In this document: in pieces, positions 14,445 to 26,400 of the stretch
How positions within the stretch are numbered: position 1 is the stretch's first letter
Layout of the letters: the number at the start of each line of letters is the position of its first letter
Source of the DNA: Amphiscolops sp. MND2022
Taxonomy: Eukaryota
Direction: 5' to 3'
NCBI GenBank assembly: GCA_964187785.1
Contig: OZ076409.1
Location: 41,418,001 to 41,482,000 of the forward strand
Length of the DNA: 64,000 nucleotides
Position numbers and translations under genes: made by a program
The notes under the pieces: model-generated
What the model saw: the letters and a program-made list of their open reading frames with translations, nothing else
What the model was told of the DNA's origin: nothing
The model's database searches: none

Positions 14445-15848
14445 TGCAGCAATGATGGCAAATGTCTCCCCACCTACAGCAAACTAGGGAAAACTCATCA
14501 CTCCTTTTGTATGAAATTATGTACAACTTTTGGATATCAGCATTGTTGGAATTTTTTACCATTACAGTTAATAATAGTTGCTAGGTAATAGTTGCTAGGT
14601 AATGTAAAATACAAGTGATTGATATATTTCTTACGTAATACCACTTTACATGAAATTCCATGAATTGAATAAATTATTCATGACTCGTAGGGCGCATTAA
14701 CACGTACGGACTTCGGTATTTGGATTAATCTGCTGTACTAAGTTTGAAGTATACTACAGTACAATCTCGCATTTTCAACATTTTAATTACGTCATTTAGA
14801 AGTATGACTCATCACGTCGACTTAATCATATGTGCTGTAATGTGTTGGAGTTAATACTTGTACTAGAAATGAGTCATACTACTTGTTGCTATAGTGATGA
14901 CCAATCAAAAAGCAGGAAAATATTCGTCATGCAGGAATCTATTTATAGCAGTGATGTAACATGCAAACCTATTTTTATATTACATTGGGTGCTAGTTTTA
15001 GTCATTACATAAGTATGATGTAACCATGACATTCCGAAAAATTGGTTGTCATAATACTAAAATTAGCCCAAATAAAATGGAGAGTTGAAAGACCATAAAA
15101 ATAATTCATTCAACAAAAAAACTTTCAGACCGATCGGACCTTCTTTTCATTTTCTCAATCTTCTTTCTAACCTCGATAATCTAGCATTATGTACATTTTC
15201 TTCGACTTTTTTTCAACTCTGTTGTACTTTACTTATCATTCTGATTGAAATTCTTCTCTCCAAAACAATATTTTAACCTGACTAATATGGGAAAAAAAGA
15301 AACAGAAGATCTAGACGAGCACAATCACCCTCACTTAAGAGAGTTGAATACGTCTGAAATAGAAACATCACAATGAAATGAAACTGTTATTGAAACTTTG
15401 AGTAATTTGATAAATGTTAGTTCAGTTAGGGACGAAGAAGCAGTTTTAGACAGTGGAACACAGAATTAAAATCAAATGCAAAATTGGACTCAAAGAATAT
15501 CTGATAAGACGAATAAAGAAGTAGCAAACGTAAGGAAAGAAATGAATGAGAAGCTAGAGAAAATGCTGAAAGACATGAAAAATAGCAGAAGAACACAATC
15601 CGTACCAAGCAGGAGATATCATGGGCGAAACACACTCCGAGTAGGAACCTCAAAAAACATAGATAACGAAGATGATGAAAAAAACGCATCTGAGCCAGAA
15701 AATCAAGAAAGCGAAATACAGGATAATTCTTTCAGGCCATCTAATATGAATAAACTTAGAACGCCAATGCAACCTTTGATTAAACAAAACATCGATTTAA
15801 ATGACTCTGTGGTCATATATGAGGACCGCACAGGAGAGGATTATCACA
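14413..15848 (+). repeat. 3' LTR of element A
   Basis: Starts tgacacag, ends gattatcaca, followed by TSD aagga. Confidence 0.93.
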
Positions 15849-16113
15849 AAGGAGTTCAATCAGACTTCTCGTCAACGCGCCATATTCGACGCTCTGTTCA
15901 GTGCCTAGTTACGTTGCAAAAAGATAATATTGACACGTTAAAGTGTAACTAGTTACTGTTCAGTGTTCTCAGAATGATTGATTAACACGATGCTGAAAAT
16001 ATTTCCTTTTCTTTGATGAATAATTGACTTCATTTTGAACTACTTTATAAAAGTTCTCGAAGAATGTTACCAGTTTGAACTGATTCGAAAATACCATAAT
16101 CTTCCTTTGATGA

Positions 16114-16420
16114 CTAATTTTTCAGGATTAAAAATGTAGATAAGGCTGAACAAATGTTGTTAGGAGAGTATAAACACGAGCTGCGTTTTAGTGACGTTGG
16201 TCGACCAGTTACCCTTCTTCTTAACGTGTTTAACATTTTGCTGTTGCAAAACTTAACAACGTTTTCCAAAAGATGTTCCTTAAAATTCAGAAAAGAACAG
16301 TTGTTCGAGAGGAGGAGACAACCGTCAATTGCGTAGTGGATAATCCTGTGGACCTTGACAGAGTAGAAGTAGTTGTCCATGAAAAAGAGGTTGCCGCTCC
16401 ATCGAACCCACTGTTACGGA
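16114..16420 (-). pseudogene. piggyBac-like transposase fragment
   Basis: SGNLFFMDNYFYSV followed by LNTLRRRVTGRPTSLK resembles the piggyBac second-Asp region (DNxFxS ... GTxRxxRxGxP). Confidence 0.45.
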
Positions 16421-17564
16421 TCGCCACGGACCCGTTCATTTGATTGGCTGGCTAAGCGTAACTTTCTTAGCAGTGAAGTATTTTCCTCTGGTCGAATCAA
16501 ATTCGTCTCCAGACACTTTGCTGTTGACAAAATATCGTTTTGACGTTTCCTTGACGCAAAGAGTTTTGTTCTCTGTAGCTGTTTTTGAATGCGTTCTTTG
16601 CGTTTTCTCTTCTCTCAGCAGCTTTTTTCATTTTTCTGCTTCGGGGAAAAGTTGCGGTCCAGAAAGATTCAATTAAAAACAATGTTCTCTCATTTCCAAC
16701 TGATACCGAAGTACAAACACTAAAAATCCGAATTAAAAAAATTAACACAACCTTTTTTTCACCTTCCTATCATCTTGATCTTTTTTACGCTCCATGTTCA
16801 CTTTCGATAATTTCTAGTAACATTGAAAACGTGAAACAATAGACCAATTCGTGAAAATCAGCTTTTGAATGATTATTTCAGTAAGTCGTCATTATGTCGA
16901 CACAAATTCCTAGATTATTTCATACTTGTGTTGATTAAGCAACCAGTCAAAGTTGAATTCATTTTCGTTCAGTCATAAGTTGTCTTTGACTTATCGTCAA
17001 TATGGCGGCAAAATCAGCGTTAGTCATGCAGGCTACGTGTGAACAAATATAATCAATCGAGAGAACATGAGAAAAAAGGGACGCGGAGGTGACAAATGAG
17101 ACTAATATACCGTGGGAAAATGAATAATTGTTCTAGAAGAACGCAACTGAAAAGATAGGAATCGTAACATCTGCTCGAACCGAATTCGAACTTTATCTCA
17201 ATCATCAATGAAAACAATGGACTAATAGCGAAGATCTGCCATGAAAAATGTACAGTGAAATGTTGACGTAATGACTGGTTCAAGTATTTATATCATTTCA
17301 AAATGCCAAAGCAATAAAAAATTTTCGTAGAGAAACTTTTATCAAAAACAACATTAGCAAATCGATAGTTAAGCAAAGATTCGTTCCATATTAATACAAC
17401 TGAAAGTGAAAACAATCGTTTTAAATTAGGTCAACAATTGAATCCGCCGAGTAAGTAAAACGTGGGTTAGTTTGTAGTTTTCCAGGCCCACATATAACAG
17501 ACAACGACAGGTAGTAAAAATCGTACTGTATTGTTATTGTTACGACAGTTTATGCTGATAGAAA

Positions 17565-18218
17565 ATGTTTTTTTTTGTTATAGCTTTTGAGATTCAACAG
17601 CAATTACAAAGTTTCCAAATGATACTATGCGACGAGACCTCGAGCCGAGTAATTCGACTTTTGCCGGACAATTTGAGACAAGAGCAACATTTGGTTCTGT
17701 TCACCGCAGAAAAGGGAAGAAACGTGGACCCACAGTTTGATCAGTTCCTTCTTAGAACTTGCCTCCGATCCACTTCGCAGTTGGCACGGTTCGCAAACAC
17801 TTACCATTTGAGACAGTTAGAAAGTTTCTCAGTACACATAGCATCTCCATCCAAGACTTTTCACGGTGAACATCCAGACATAAGGTGGGCCGATGAAAAT
17901 TCAAACGAAAATGACTTCTTGCAGAAAAGTATCGATACAATTCTTGAACTTGTTGCCGAACCCGGACTTGACTTCGCTGTTGTGCCATTATTACAGAATG
18001 ATCTTCTTCAACGAATATTAGACACTCTGAGTGGAAATCATTTGTGTAACGTTGACCAAACCCTGGTTGAGAAAAAAGGCTCTCATCGCCATATTCGTTC
18101 CACATCTAGCAAAAGTGATGGAATCTTGCGAAAGTATTGGATCTTGAGAAAAGAAGCTTTAAAATTAATCAAGTTCTTTCGAATGAAAATTTCCGTAAGA
18201 GTTGAAAACGTTCATTAA
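17565..18218 (+). CDS. Probable exon or fragment of an SF1 (UvrD/Schlafen-like) helicase-domain gene; boundaries uncertain
   Basis: 217-aa ORF with ILCDE (Walker B-like), LVLFTAE and LRTCLRSTSQLARFA (LxxxxRST motif). Confidence 0.5.
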   Translation: MFFFVIAFEIQQQLQSFQMILCDETSSRVIRLLPDNLRQEQHLVLFTAEKGRNVDPQFDQFLLRTCLRSTSQLARFANTYHLRQLESFSVHIASPSKTFHGEHPDIRWADENSNENDFLQKSIDTILELVAEPGLDFAVVPLLQNDLLQRILDTLSGNHLCNVDQTLVEKKGSHRHIRSTSSKSDGILRKYWILRKEALKLIKFFRMKISVRVENVH

Positions 18219-19117
18219 AAAGTTGCTGGCTCGAAGCGATTTCATCAAGGGTGATCAAACATTCACAAAGAACAATGTGTGTCATTGTGTCATGGCTGAG
18301 AATGGATACTAGTTTAGAGATTTTAAAAACTCTTTAATTTGCGTGTTCAAATACCTCCAGTTGCTGATATTGGAGGCTAAAAACGCGGGAGTGTCACTTC
18401 CAGCTCAAGCTTGTAATACAGAAAGTTACTGCTAGTTGAAATCTTCCGTGATAAATGAACGTTAACTATGAACATTTATGAAAACATGAAGGTAAACCTC
18501 ATTTATGTTTAACGTGACAATAAAAAGATCTTCAGTTATAGCAACTTGATTTCAAGTATGGAAACATTGTATGAACTACATTTCAGGTCAATGGGGTTTG
18601 CAAAAAAAGTACCATCCGCGTACACACATTGACTGACGTTATCCGTCACAAAACAAATCTTCGCCACATCAACAAAAACGGTACTTGAAGCATAACTGTT
18701 GGAAATATTCGCTGAGGATCCGAAATTACCGCCACTGGTGGTCACTGATATTAAACCGGAGGTTGGCAGTGGTTTGGTAAAATTCCGTGAGAAACATAGC
18801 ATGTTTATAGCTCGTCGAATACTTTGAATATGACAATGTTTTTCAAAAACTATCAATTCACGCGAATTTTGCGCAGTTTTGAGCCGCTTGCCCGGTCGTG
18901 TCGAAACTCAACGCTTTTTAGATTTTCCAGGAGCCATAAGACAGGAGGTATATGAAGACTGCCATTCCGTATGAAATGTGGGCGTGACTGTATCAAAAGT
19001 AATAAAGCTGAGTATAGATACTAATTTTGAAGTAATGTGTAATTGCTAGTTGGAAGCTTCCGTGTGAAGTGAACTTTAATTATGATTAGTGGACACTAGT
19101 GTTCAACTGGTTGTTGA

Positions 19118-20497
19118 TGTGATAATCCTCTTCCTCAGAGTCCTCATTGGAGGTTATAGTTTCGTCTAAATTTATCCGATTCCGAATTAATGACTTTGCA
19201 GGTTGCCTTAAAATTTTCATTTTCGATGCTTTTAGAGGATAATCTTATTTTCAGAATTAGTGTTTTCATTTTCCGATGCGTGAACTCTTATAGACTGATC
19301 ATTTTTGACCTCGAAAGTTGCATATTTTGTGTTCTAAATATTTCAGACCTAAGGTTTGTCATTATGGAAACGCCTTCATTCGATCTTACTTCCTTCAGAA
19401 ATGCATCAAGTTCGTTTACGTCATTGTTCTTTTGTTCAAGGATTTGTGTCCATGATTGAATTTCATTACAAATTTGGCTAGGTTCAGCCAACTGAGCACC
19501 CAAATTATTTTCACCTAAACTTTCTTGATCGCCAACATTTACATTAATCGAAATTATATTACCTTGATTTGGCGTTTCTACTGCTGTACCAATTGTGTCT
19601 CTTTCCTGAGAAGGGCTATCAAACCTTCTGGATCTCCTGTTTCCCATATTGCTAAAGCAAAAAAGTGTGATTTTTGTTGGGAAAAATTGAGTTTCCTCGA
19701 GGAAGTATGTTATGTTAAAGTTTGGGTTGTGAACAAAAATAAAGAAAAGGTTTACGGAATGATTGAGATTCTTAGTGCTCTTCAGGGAAGGTTTCATTCA
19801 AGTGGACCCCCCACAAACTGCGCTGATGATTGTACGAATAAAAAACATGACATCCTTTTATACAAGTATCATCATTCAAAACGATATAAATAGGATTACA
19901 TCAAGATGTCTTCATTTATTTTATATCCTGCAAAATCATGTTGCCTGATTTCCAAATTACAGTTATAAGGTTCGAAGACTCCCTGGGCAAACGTATACTG
20001 CCGTATAAACGTCACTCTGAGATGTGTCTGTAGTGACGTATGATCATTTAGGATCAAAATATAAAGTATTGCACTGTTGTCTCGTACAGTAACCTTTAGT
20101 GACGTAGAATCATTCGAACACGAAGCGTATAATATCGCATAAAACGTATGATAACACATAACCGGCAATTATCATTGCGCAAGATGCCGCATACTCGTCA
20201 GTAGTCAATTCGTACGATTATGTATAATTTACAGAATTTCCACATTTTAGCAACAAATTAGCTCTCACAAACTGCGTGAACAAGTATTATGAGTCATTTT
20301 AGAATGAGATGATGAATGAAATTTACGCTTCAAGTACGTCAAATGTAAAACAAAGTAAAACGAACCCAGTTTGAAATCAATTTAACATTTATAAAATTAT
20401 ATGACAAAAGTAAGAAGCTAAGAGGGGATATTCTTCTGGGAATCGGGTTTGGCAGTCACTTGTTTTCTTGAGAATTGCCAACTATGGGGTTGTGACA
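19118..20497 (-). mobile_element. Solo LTR (1380 bp) of a family related to element A, carrying a gag N-terminal ORF remnant
   Basis: On the minus strand it starts tgtcaca and ends gaggattatcaca like the A LTRs. Flanks gttga (19113-19117) and gttgg (20498-20502) form a near-perfect TSD. ORF MGNRRSRR...NEIQSWTQ resembles A gag (RRSR...NEMQNGTQ). Confidence 0.85.
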
Positions 20498-21185
20498 GTT
20501 GGCGATGGATTGCCAGCAAGCGGAGACATCAAGCTGTCAACAGCCTAAGTTGAAAAGTTCAGTGACAAGCAACAGTATGTTCTTAGTTCGTCGACAATTT
20601 TCGATGGAACTATGTTGTTCAAAACCTATCAACTAGCGCAAATTTTAGGCAATTTTGAAGCTTGGACGGCTTTGTCGAAAATCAGAACGTTTTTCAGATG
20701 TTCCAAAAGCCCGAACACAAAAAGTATATGCAGACTGGCACGGTGTTTCGTTTTTAGGCTGTAACAGGAGAAACTGTATTATTCTATTCAGATAGTTGTT
20801 AGTAAGTTATTTTAGGTTGTGGGTGTTTAGTCACTGCAGCCCAAATGGTAGTGCGGTCACACTGGAAAATTTCCGGCTTTTGCAAGATCTTGGTGGTCAG
20901 TATATCTGAACTTCGCATTTTCATAAGAAGTATGGATGGGTTTCGAACCTCTCCTTCTCCATTTTTTGTGTGGCGGAAATTATCCCGCTGCTTAGCGGGT
21001 GTCGTGTTGCAGTCTACGTAGTATACAACTTTTGATCCGGAAAACTCTGAAAAATTGGAAAAGTTGCTTCCTGGAGTAGTAGCTCTATGTCTTATTGACA
21101 TATGACAGCTTCTGGAGCCCTTCCGGTAGCTACTCCTCAATTGCTATAGGATGATTTCACATTGCAATGTTTGTTCTTTTGGTAA

Positions 21186-22886
21186 CATTCCCACATCATA
21201 GATCTTGCCAAGAATGAAACTTTCAAGACTGAGGATATAGCCATTTCTCAACAACCATTTCTCAACCAGGGAACCCTCTGTGTCAAGAGTGGAGTCAAAG
21301 TTGAAAGAAATGGCCAGCAAAACCAAAAAGAGACCGAAATAAACTTTTTCCATCCTCTGACAATCGAAGGCTTTGAGTTTTCGAAAGTTCTCATTTTGCT
21401 TGATAACAAAAACAGTTTCTTCCAATTCGACGACAATCATTTCTTCACTGCCTGCACTAGAGCTTGTCTGAAGCTGCTAGTTGTTACCAATGAATGCAAG
21501 GAGCAAGATAAAGCATGGCCAGGTTTTATCAGAAGTAAGGTGGACAAAATTCTATCCGAAATTTCACCCGGTGAAGAAAATCCCTATTTGTTGTTAGTGG
21601 GACAGATTGAACAAATGCTTGAATGTTTGAGATGCTGCGCAACGAACCAAGAACACAAATACACCGGAATTCAATCAACTCTTCACGAATATGAAAGAGA
21701 TGGACGTAAATTTTTACAATCTGATTGTGTAAATCTGGAACCGGAATTGAAGAAGATGTCAGAACTGGGGGTGAAGAAAATAATTTTTGTGACTGACAAT
21801 ATCTGTATCAATAAATGGCAACACTACTTCATGACTCTTAGCTACTGGTTCTGTTATGACTTCAACCGTCGGAATGCAAACTGTTTCCAGATTGAGTCTA
21901 TGATGCAGAGTGCTGAGAAAATAAACTTCCGGATAAATTTCCGGAAAGCTTTTCTTCATCGACTTTCAGGCCAAATTGATGTCGAGTTTCCTCGTTTCTG
22001 GCTCAAATTGGAGAAGAATTCTTTGTCATCTGTATTGATTAGCTGGGAAGCGTGGATAGCCAAAGCGGAAAAGTGTCATGAGCAAGATTATATTACACAA
22101 GCAATTTTCATTTACGAGTGTGGAATTGAAACTTTACGCCAGCAAATCACGTCAAGCGAATCAGAAAGCCTCCTTAAAAAGAAACTTGCAGACTTATCAC
22201 TTTTAGTTGCCAATACTTATATCGATAGTTTGAATACCATCGTTGAAGAAAGCAAATGTTCTTACTGGGTCCCAACCACCCAATATGAAGTATGCTTGCT
22301 GAAAGCTTTCAGACATGCTGTTAATGCACTCAAATGGCATGCCTCAGATCTCAATTTGAAGTTTAATTCAGTAGAGCGACTTTTTCAAGAGATGGAATTG
22401 TACCCAACATCAGAACTGTTTAAAAGAGAAATTAAACAAATGAACAAAGACGACACTTCAGGAATGATTTTCGAAACCAGACTGAGACATGAATCGCCTC
22501 AAATTCCGATGCAATTATTTCCTGATTTCGAAGAAGGCCTTCGCAGGCTAGAACTACTTATCTGTAACTACGAGAAAAGAAGCTTCGGGAGTACCGACAT
22601 GAACCCCACGAGAGAAAGTATTTCAGAATTGGCCCGAAACCTAGTGGTGGAAAAAGTTTGCCCTTTATCTGAAGTGGAGCCAGGTGATGATGCGTTTCAA
22701 GCGGCAATAAGCAAGATGATGGTGCAACTTGATTATCCTGTACAACTAGCTATGATAGCACTTCATTGGGATCACAAACTAGAAGACAATTTGAAACTTC
22801 TATCTCATGAATTGTACAATTTGAAAAAGAGTTTCGAATTAGTCAAAAGCAAACGACCGGTATCACGCACTGGATCAAACAAATGA
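21186..22886 (+). CDS. Long ORF: SF1 helicase C-terminal motifs followed by a helical domain of unknown function (host-like gene or pseudogene)
   Basis: Frame is open from 21186. It reads LTIEGFEFSKVLILLD...FFTACTRACLKLLVV, matching helicase motifs V and VI (GLEF..V; Y.A.TRA...L). In-frame stops upstream at 21147 and 21183 suggest decay or splicing. Confidence 0.65.
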   Translation, partial: HSHIIDLAKNETFKTEDIAISQQPFLNQGTLCVKSGVKVERNGQQNQKETEINFFHPLTIEGFEFSKVLILLDNKNSFFQFDDNHFFTACTRACLKLLVVTNECKEQDKAWPGFIRSKVDKILSEISPGEENPYLLLVGQIEQMLECLRCCATNQEHKYTGIQSTLHEYERDGRKFLQSDCVNLEPELKKMSELGVKKIIFVTDNICINKWQHYFMTLSYWFCYDFNRRNANCFQIESMMQSAEKINFRINFRKAFLHRLSGQIDVEFPRFWLKLEKNSLSSVLISWEAWIAKAEKCHEQDYITQAIFIYECGIETLRQQITSSESESLLKKKLADLSLLVANTYIDSLNTIVEESKCSYWVPTTQYEVCLLKAFRHAVNALKWHASDLNLKFNSVERLFQEMELYPTSELFKREIKQMNKDDTSGMIFETRLRHESPQIPMQLFPDFEEGLRRLELLICNYEKRSFGSTDMNPTRESISELARNLVVEKVCPLSEVEPGDDAFQAAISKMMVQLDYPVQLAMIALHWDHKLEDNLKLLSHELYNLKKSFELVKSKRPVSRTGSNK

Positions 22887-23423
22887 AACGCTGACCCCTT
22901 GAAAACACTCAATACGTAAAAATAGTTAACTTACGACAACTTTATAGCTTCTGGGTAGGGATAATTACTTCCGCCTAACTGGAAAACACCGGAAACGATG
23001 TTTTCAATCGAATAATGCATTTTTCTGGCTCAAACATCTTCCAAAAATGACAGAATTCTAGAGGCGAAAACTACATATGAGTGCTGCTCGGAAAATCAAC
23101 GGAATCCTCTTGGAAATGTTCAGAAAAAACATTTTTTGAAGCATAGCTTGATACATTAGCTCCCGATGGTAAAAATGTTTTTCCATTCCCTTGGCACACT
23201 TAAACCAATGCAAAAAAAAAATATTTAAGAAAATACATCAACAAGTTAAAAGCCCACCATTTTTAGCTATTTAACACCGGAAGAAACATGCTACTTTTGG
23301 GAATTGGGTTTTTAAAGGTTCATGTTACTAACATAATATGCTTAATTTAATTTGGGATCTGGTTTTTTTGTGAATACTATGAGTTCGGAAAGTTATTTAT
23401 CACTGATTAGGTATTTATCAGCT

Positions 23424-26400
23424 AATAAACTAGAATTATCTCTTGATAATTTTTCATCATTCCGATAGAAAACTTGTAGGAAGGGTATTAAAGAAAATGT
23501 CAATTTGAGAACTAGTATCAATGCTGTAACTACTAATTGTAACTACCACTTGTTCATGATAGCGACCGATTGTCGAACAGAACATCAAAACGTTCAAAAA
23601 GACAATCCTCTAAACCTTTGCCACGAAACCAAGCGTTTGCATTGCAAGGCAACCTGCAAATTCATGCCGAGCAAAACTGCTTTGATTGGAATTTACGTTG
23701 ATGAAAAATTTGAAACCAATTAAGTCAATGACGTTATCACTATTTTTAAAAAAAGGCAAAACAAAAAACTATTAGAAGAAAACTCGAATGGGGTAGTAAC
23801 AAGCAAAAAAAATGAAACATCACGTTTTCTGTGAGAGTTTTAATAACCCAAACCTCTTGAATAGTTTGAAGTAGTTAGCTATTGTTACTTCAACGTAGGC
23901 AGCTCGGTTCCATATTAGCATTTTTCAAGATTATTTTTCCAAACGGGTAACGAAATTTGGAACTCGAAGTGTTACTATACAACAGAGTAAATACGAATAA
24001 CATTTCATCAAGGTCAGCAATTTCCATTACAGTGCATAGACAAGCTAAATTTCTACAAAAACAATTCTGTGCGTGTAACCCCTTAGATTCCACAGACATG
24101 TCTTTAAACGTGCAAAATTGATTATTTTCCACTAGTTTGTTTCCGCTCTGAGTTCAGCGAGAGCCAAACTTGCAACGACGAAGACGTATAAAGCCAAGAA
24201 CACTTTCCGGAATGAAATTTTCCATCTCTTGAGGATTTTCTCATGGAACTTTATATAAAAGACTTTCAAACACTTAGCAATATCATGTTCATTAATGATT
24301 TATTACTTTTTTGTACTGATGTTTTCAATTTCCATTTGGTGCCGAATCAATGAACTTCTGAATCAGTTCAGAATGGAAAACAAAATTTTTGGTACCAATT
24401 TTGAGTTAAACCAAATTTAAAATATAGGTTTTTTTGATTCGAATACTAATCCAGTGTCGATGAAGATAAATAGGACTTTCTTCAACTCTTTGCGAAAATG
24501 TGTTATGCCTAAAGAATATAATTCAAATCCAATTTATTTCAATATTGATTACTTTATGTGGATATCTACAGATAAATATCTACATAAAATTCAAAAATAT
24601 TTCATAAATTGTGTGTACCATTAAACCATTTATGTACCATATAAAACCATTTGGTCCAAATCACGGGTTTCCATCAGTTCGAAAATTCTTCAAAAAAATA
24701 ACTTCAATACAAACATAATTCACATTAAAATTCTCGAAAATACTACTTGGTACCAATCATAGGTCTTTTAAGGAGATCTAAAAACCTGGGAAACTAGCAA
24801 TCTCAGGAGACTAGACTTTTTTTGCGGAATCCAAGAGATTTATATTGTAGAGCAATTTCAATTTGCGGAATCTAAGATAGCTAATTGCATGCGAGACGGT
24901 TAATTGGCTCATTAAATATTTCTGTGGGATCCGAGACTTGAATTTGCGGAAAGTAAGATTTTCTTACTTTCCGCACAATAAAGGAAGCACCTTTCTTTCA
25001 TTCCGCAAATATCAGAGGGATTGGCATTCCGTAAGCGTGTCTTGGATTCCGCAAAACCGTGTCGTGGTTTCCGCAAAATCGCCAGAAAAAGCTTGATTAT
25101 GCACTGAGATGTCCAATTCTCCCATCTATAAATTTGCCTCAGTTTACGTCATCAAGAACCCATTAAACACTAAACGATAACTCTGCAAGTAATATGTCGT
25201 ACAGCTGGCGTCAGCTAATTGCACGACAGGAAAATTGAGCACGTTGGATGAAAAAAATACAAAAAAACTCGTAAGCGTTCTATTTAGATTTATGGGGAAA
25301 TGAATTGTGGCAAAAATTGAACACCCCACTTAATAAAAGATGAATGTTTTGCGGAACTGGACGAAACTTTGCAGGTGTATTCAAGCACCCATTGAGAGCA
25401 CCTCGCCCAAGTTACAATATAAAATTTAGTATTAAAAAGCAATTTACCCGTCACATGTGTGTTTTTCAAGAAAATTAATCGCAAAGTAATCATTGTGATT
25501 CATTCAAATGATCTCAATGGAATATCATTCGATTTGAAGTGATGGTATGTTCAATGTGTAAACTCGTTTGGTAAGCTAAGCTGACAAGCAAGCTATGTCG
25601 AATTTATGGTTTGTTTAACATGCGCATCTACTTTCACATTGCTCCTGAGCGTCATATATTCACTTTGTTCTCTTGGTCTTTTATAGATTATGTACCGAAA
25701 AAATGTTTGTATTCATCATTCTTGTTAATTACTGTAGAGAACTTTGGAGAAATTTGGGCAACTGAATGCTAGCAATGGAAATAAACTAGAATTATCTCTT
25801 GATAATTTTTCATCATTCCGATAGAAAACTTGTAGGAAGGGTTTTAAAGAAAATGTCAATTTGAGAACTAGTATCAATGCTTTAACTACTAATTGTAACT
25901 ACCACTTGTTCATGATAGCGACCGATTGTCGAACAGAACATCAAAACGTTCAAAAAGACAATCCTCTAAACCTTTGCCACGAAACCAAGCGTTTGCATTG
26001 CAAGGCAACCTGCAAAGTCATGCCGAGCAAAACTGCTTTGATTGGAATTTACGTTGATGAAAAATTTGAAACCAATTAGGTCAATGACGTTATCACTATT
26101 TTTAAAAAAAGGCAAAACAAAAAACTAATAGAAAAAAACTCGAATGGGGTAGTAACAGGCAAAAAAAATGAAACATCACGTTTTGTGTGAGAGTTTTAAT
26201 AACCCAAACCTCTTGAATAGTTTGAAGTATTTAGCTATTGTTACTTCAACGTAGGCAGCTCGGTTCCATATTAGCATTTTTCAAGATTATTTTTCCAAAC
26301 GGGTAACAAAATTTAGAACTCGAAGTGTTACTAAACAACAGAGTAAATACGAAAAACATTTCATCAAGGTCAGCAATTTCCATTACAGTGCATAGACAAG

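Larger units (their letters stand above)
1832..15848 (+). mobile_element. Element A: ~14.0-kb Ty3/gypsy LTR retrotransposon, decayed and non-autonomous
   Basis: TG...CA direct repeats at 1832-3290 and 14413-15848. 5-bp TSD AAGGA at 1827-1831 and 15849-15853. PBS after the 5' LTR. gag (CCHC), RT (YVDD) and integrase fragments in gypsy order. Confidence 0.95.
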
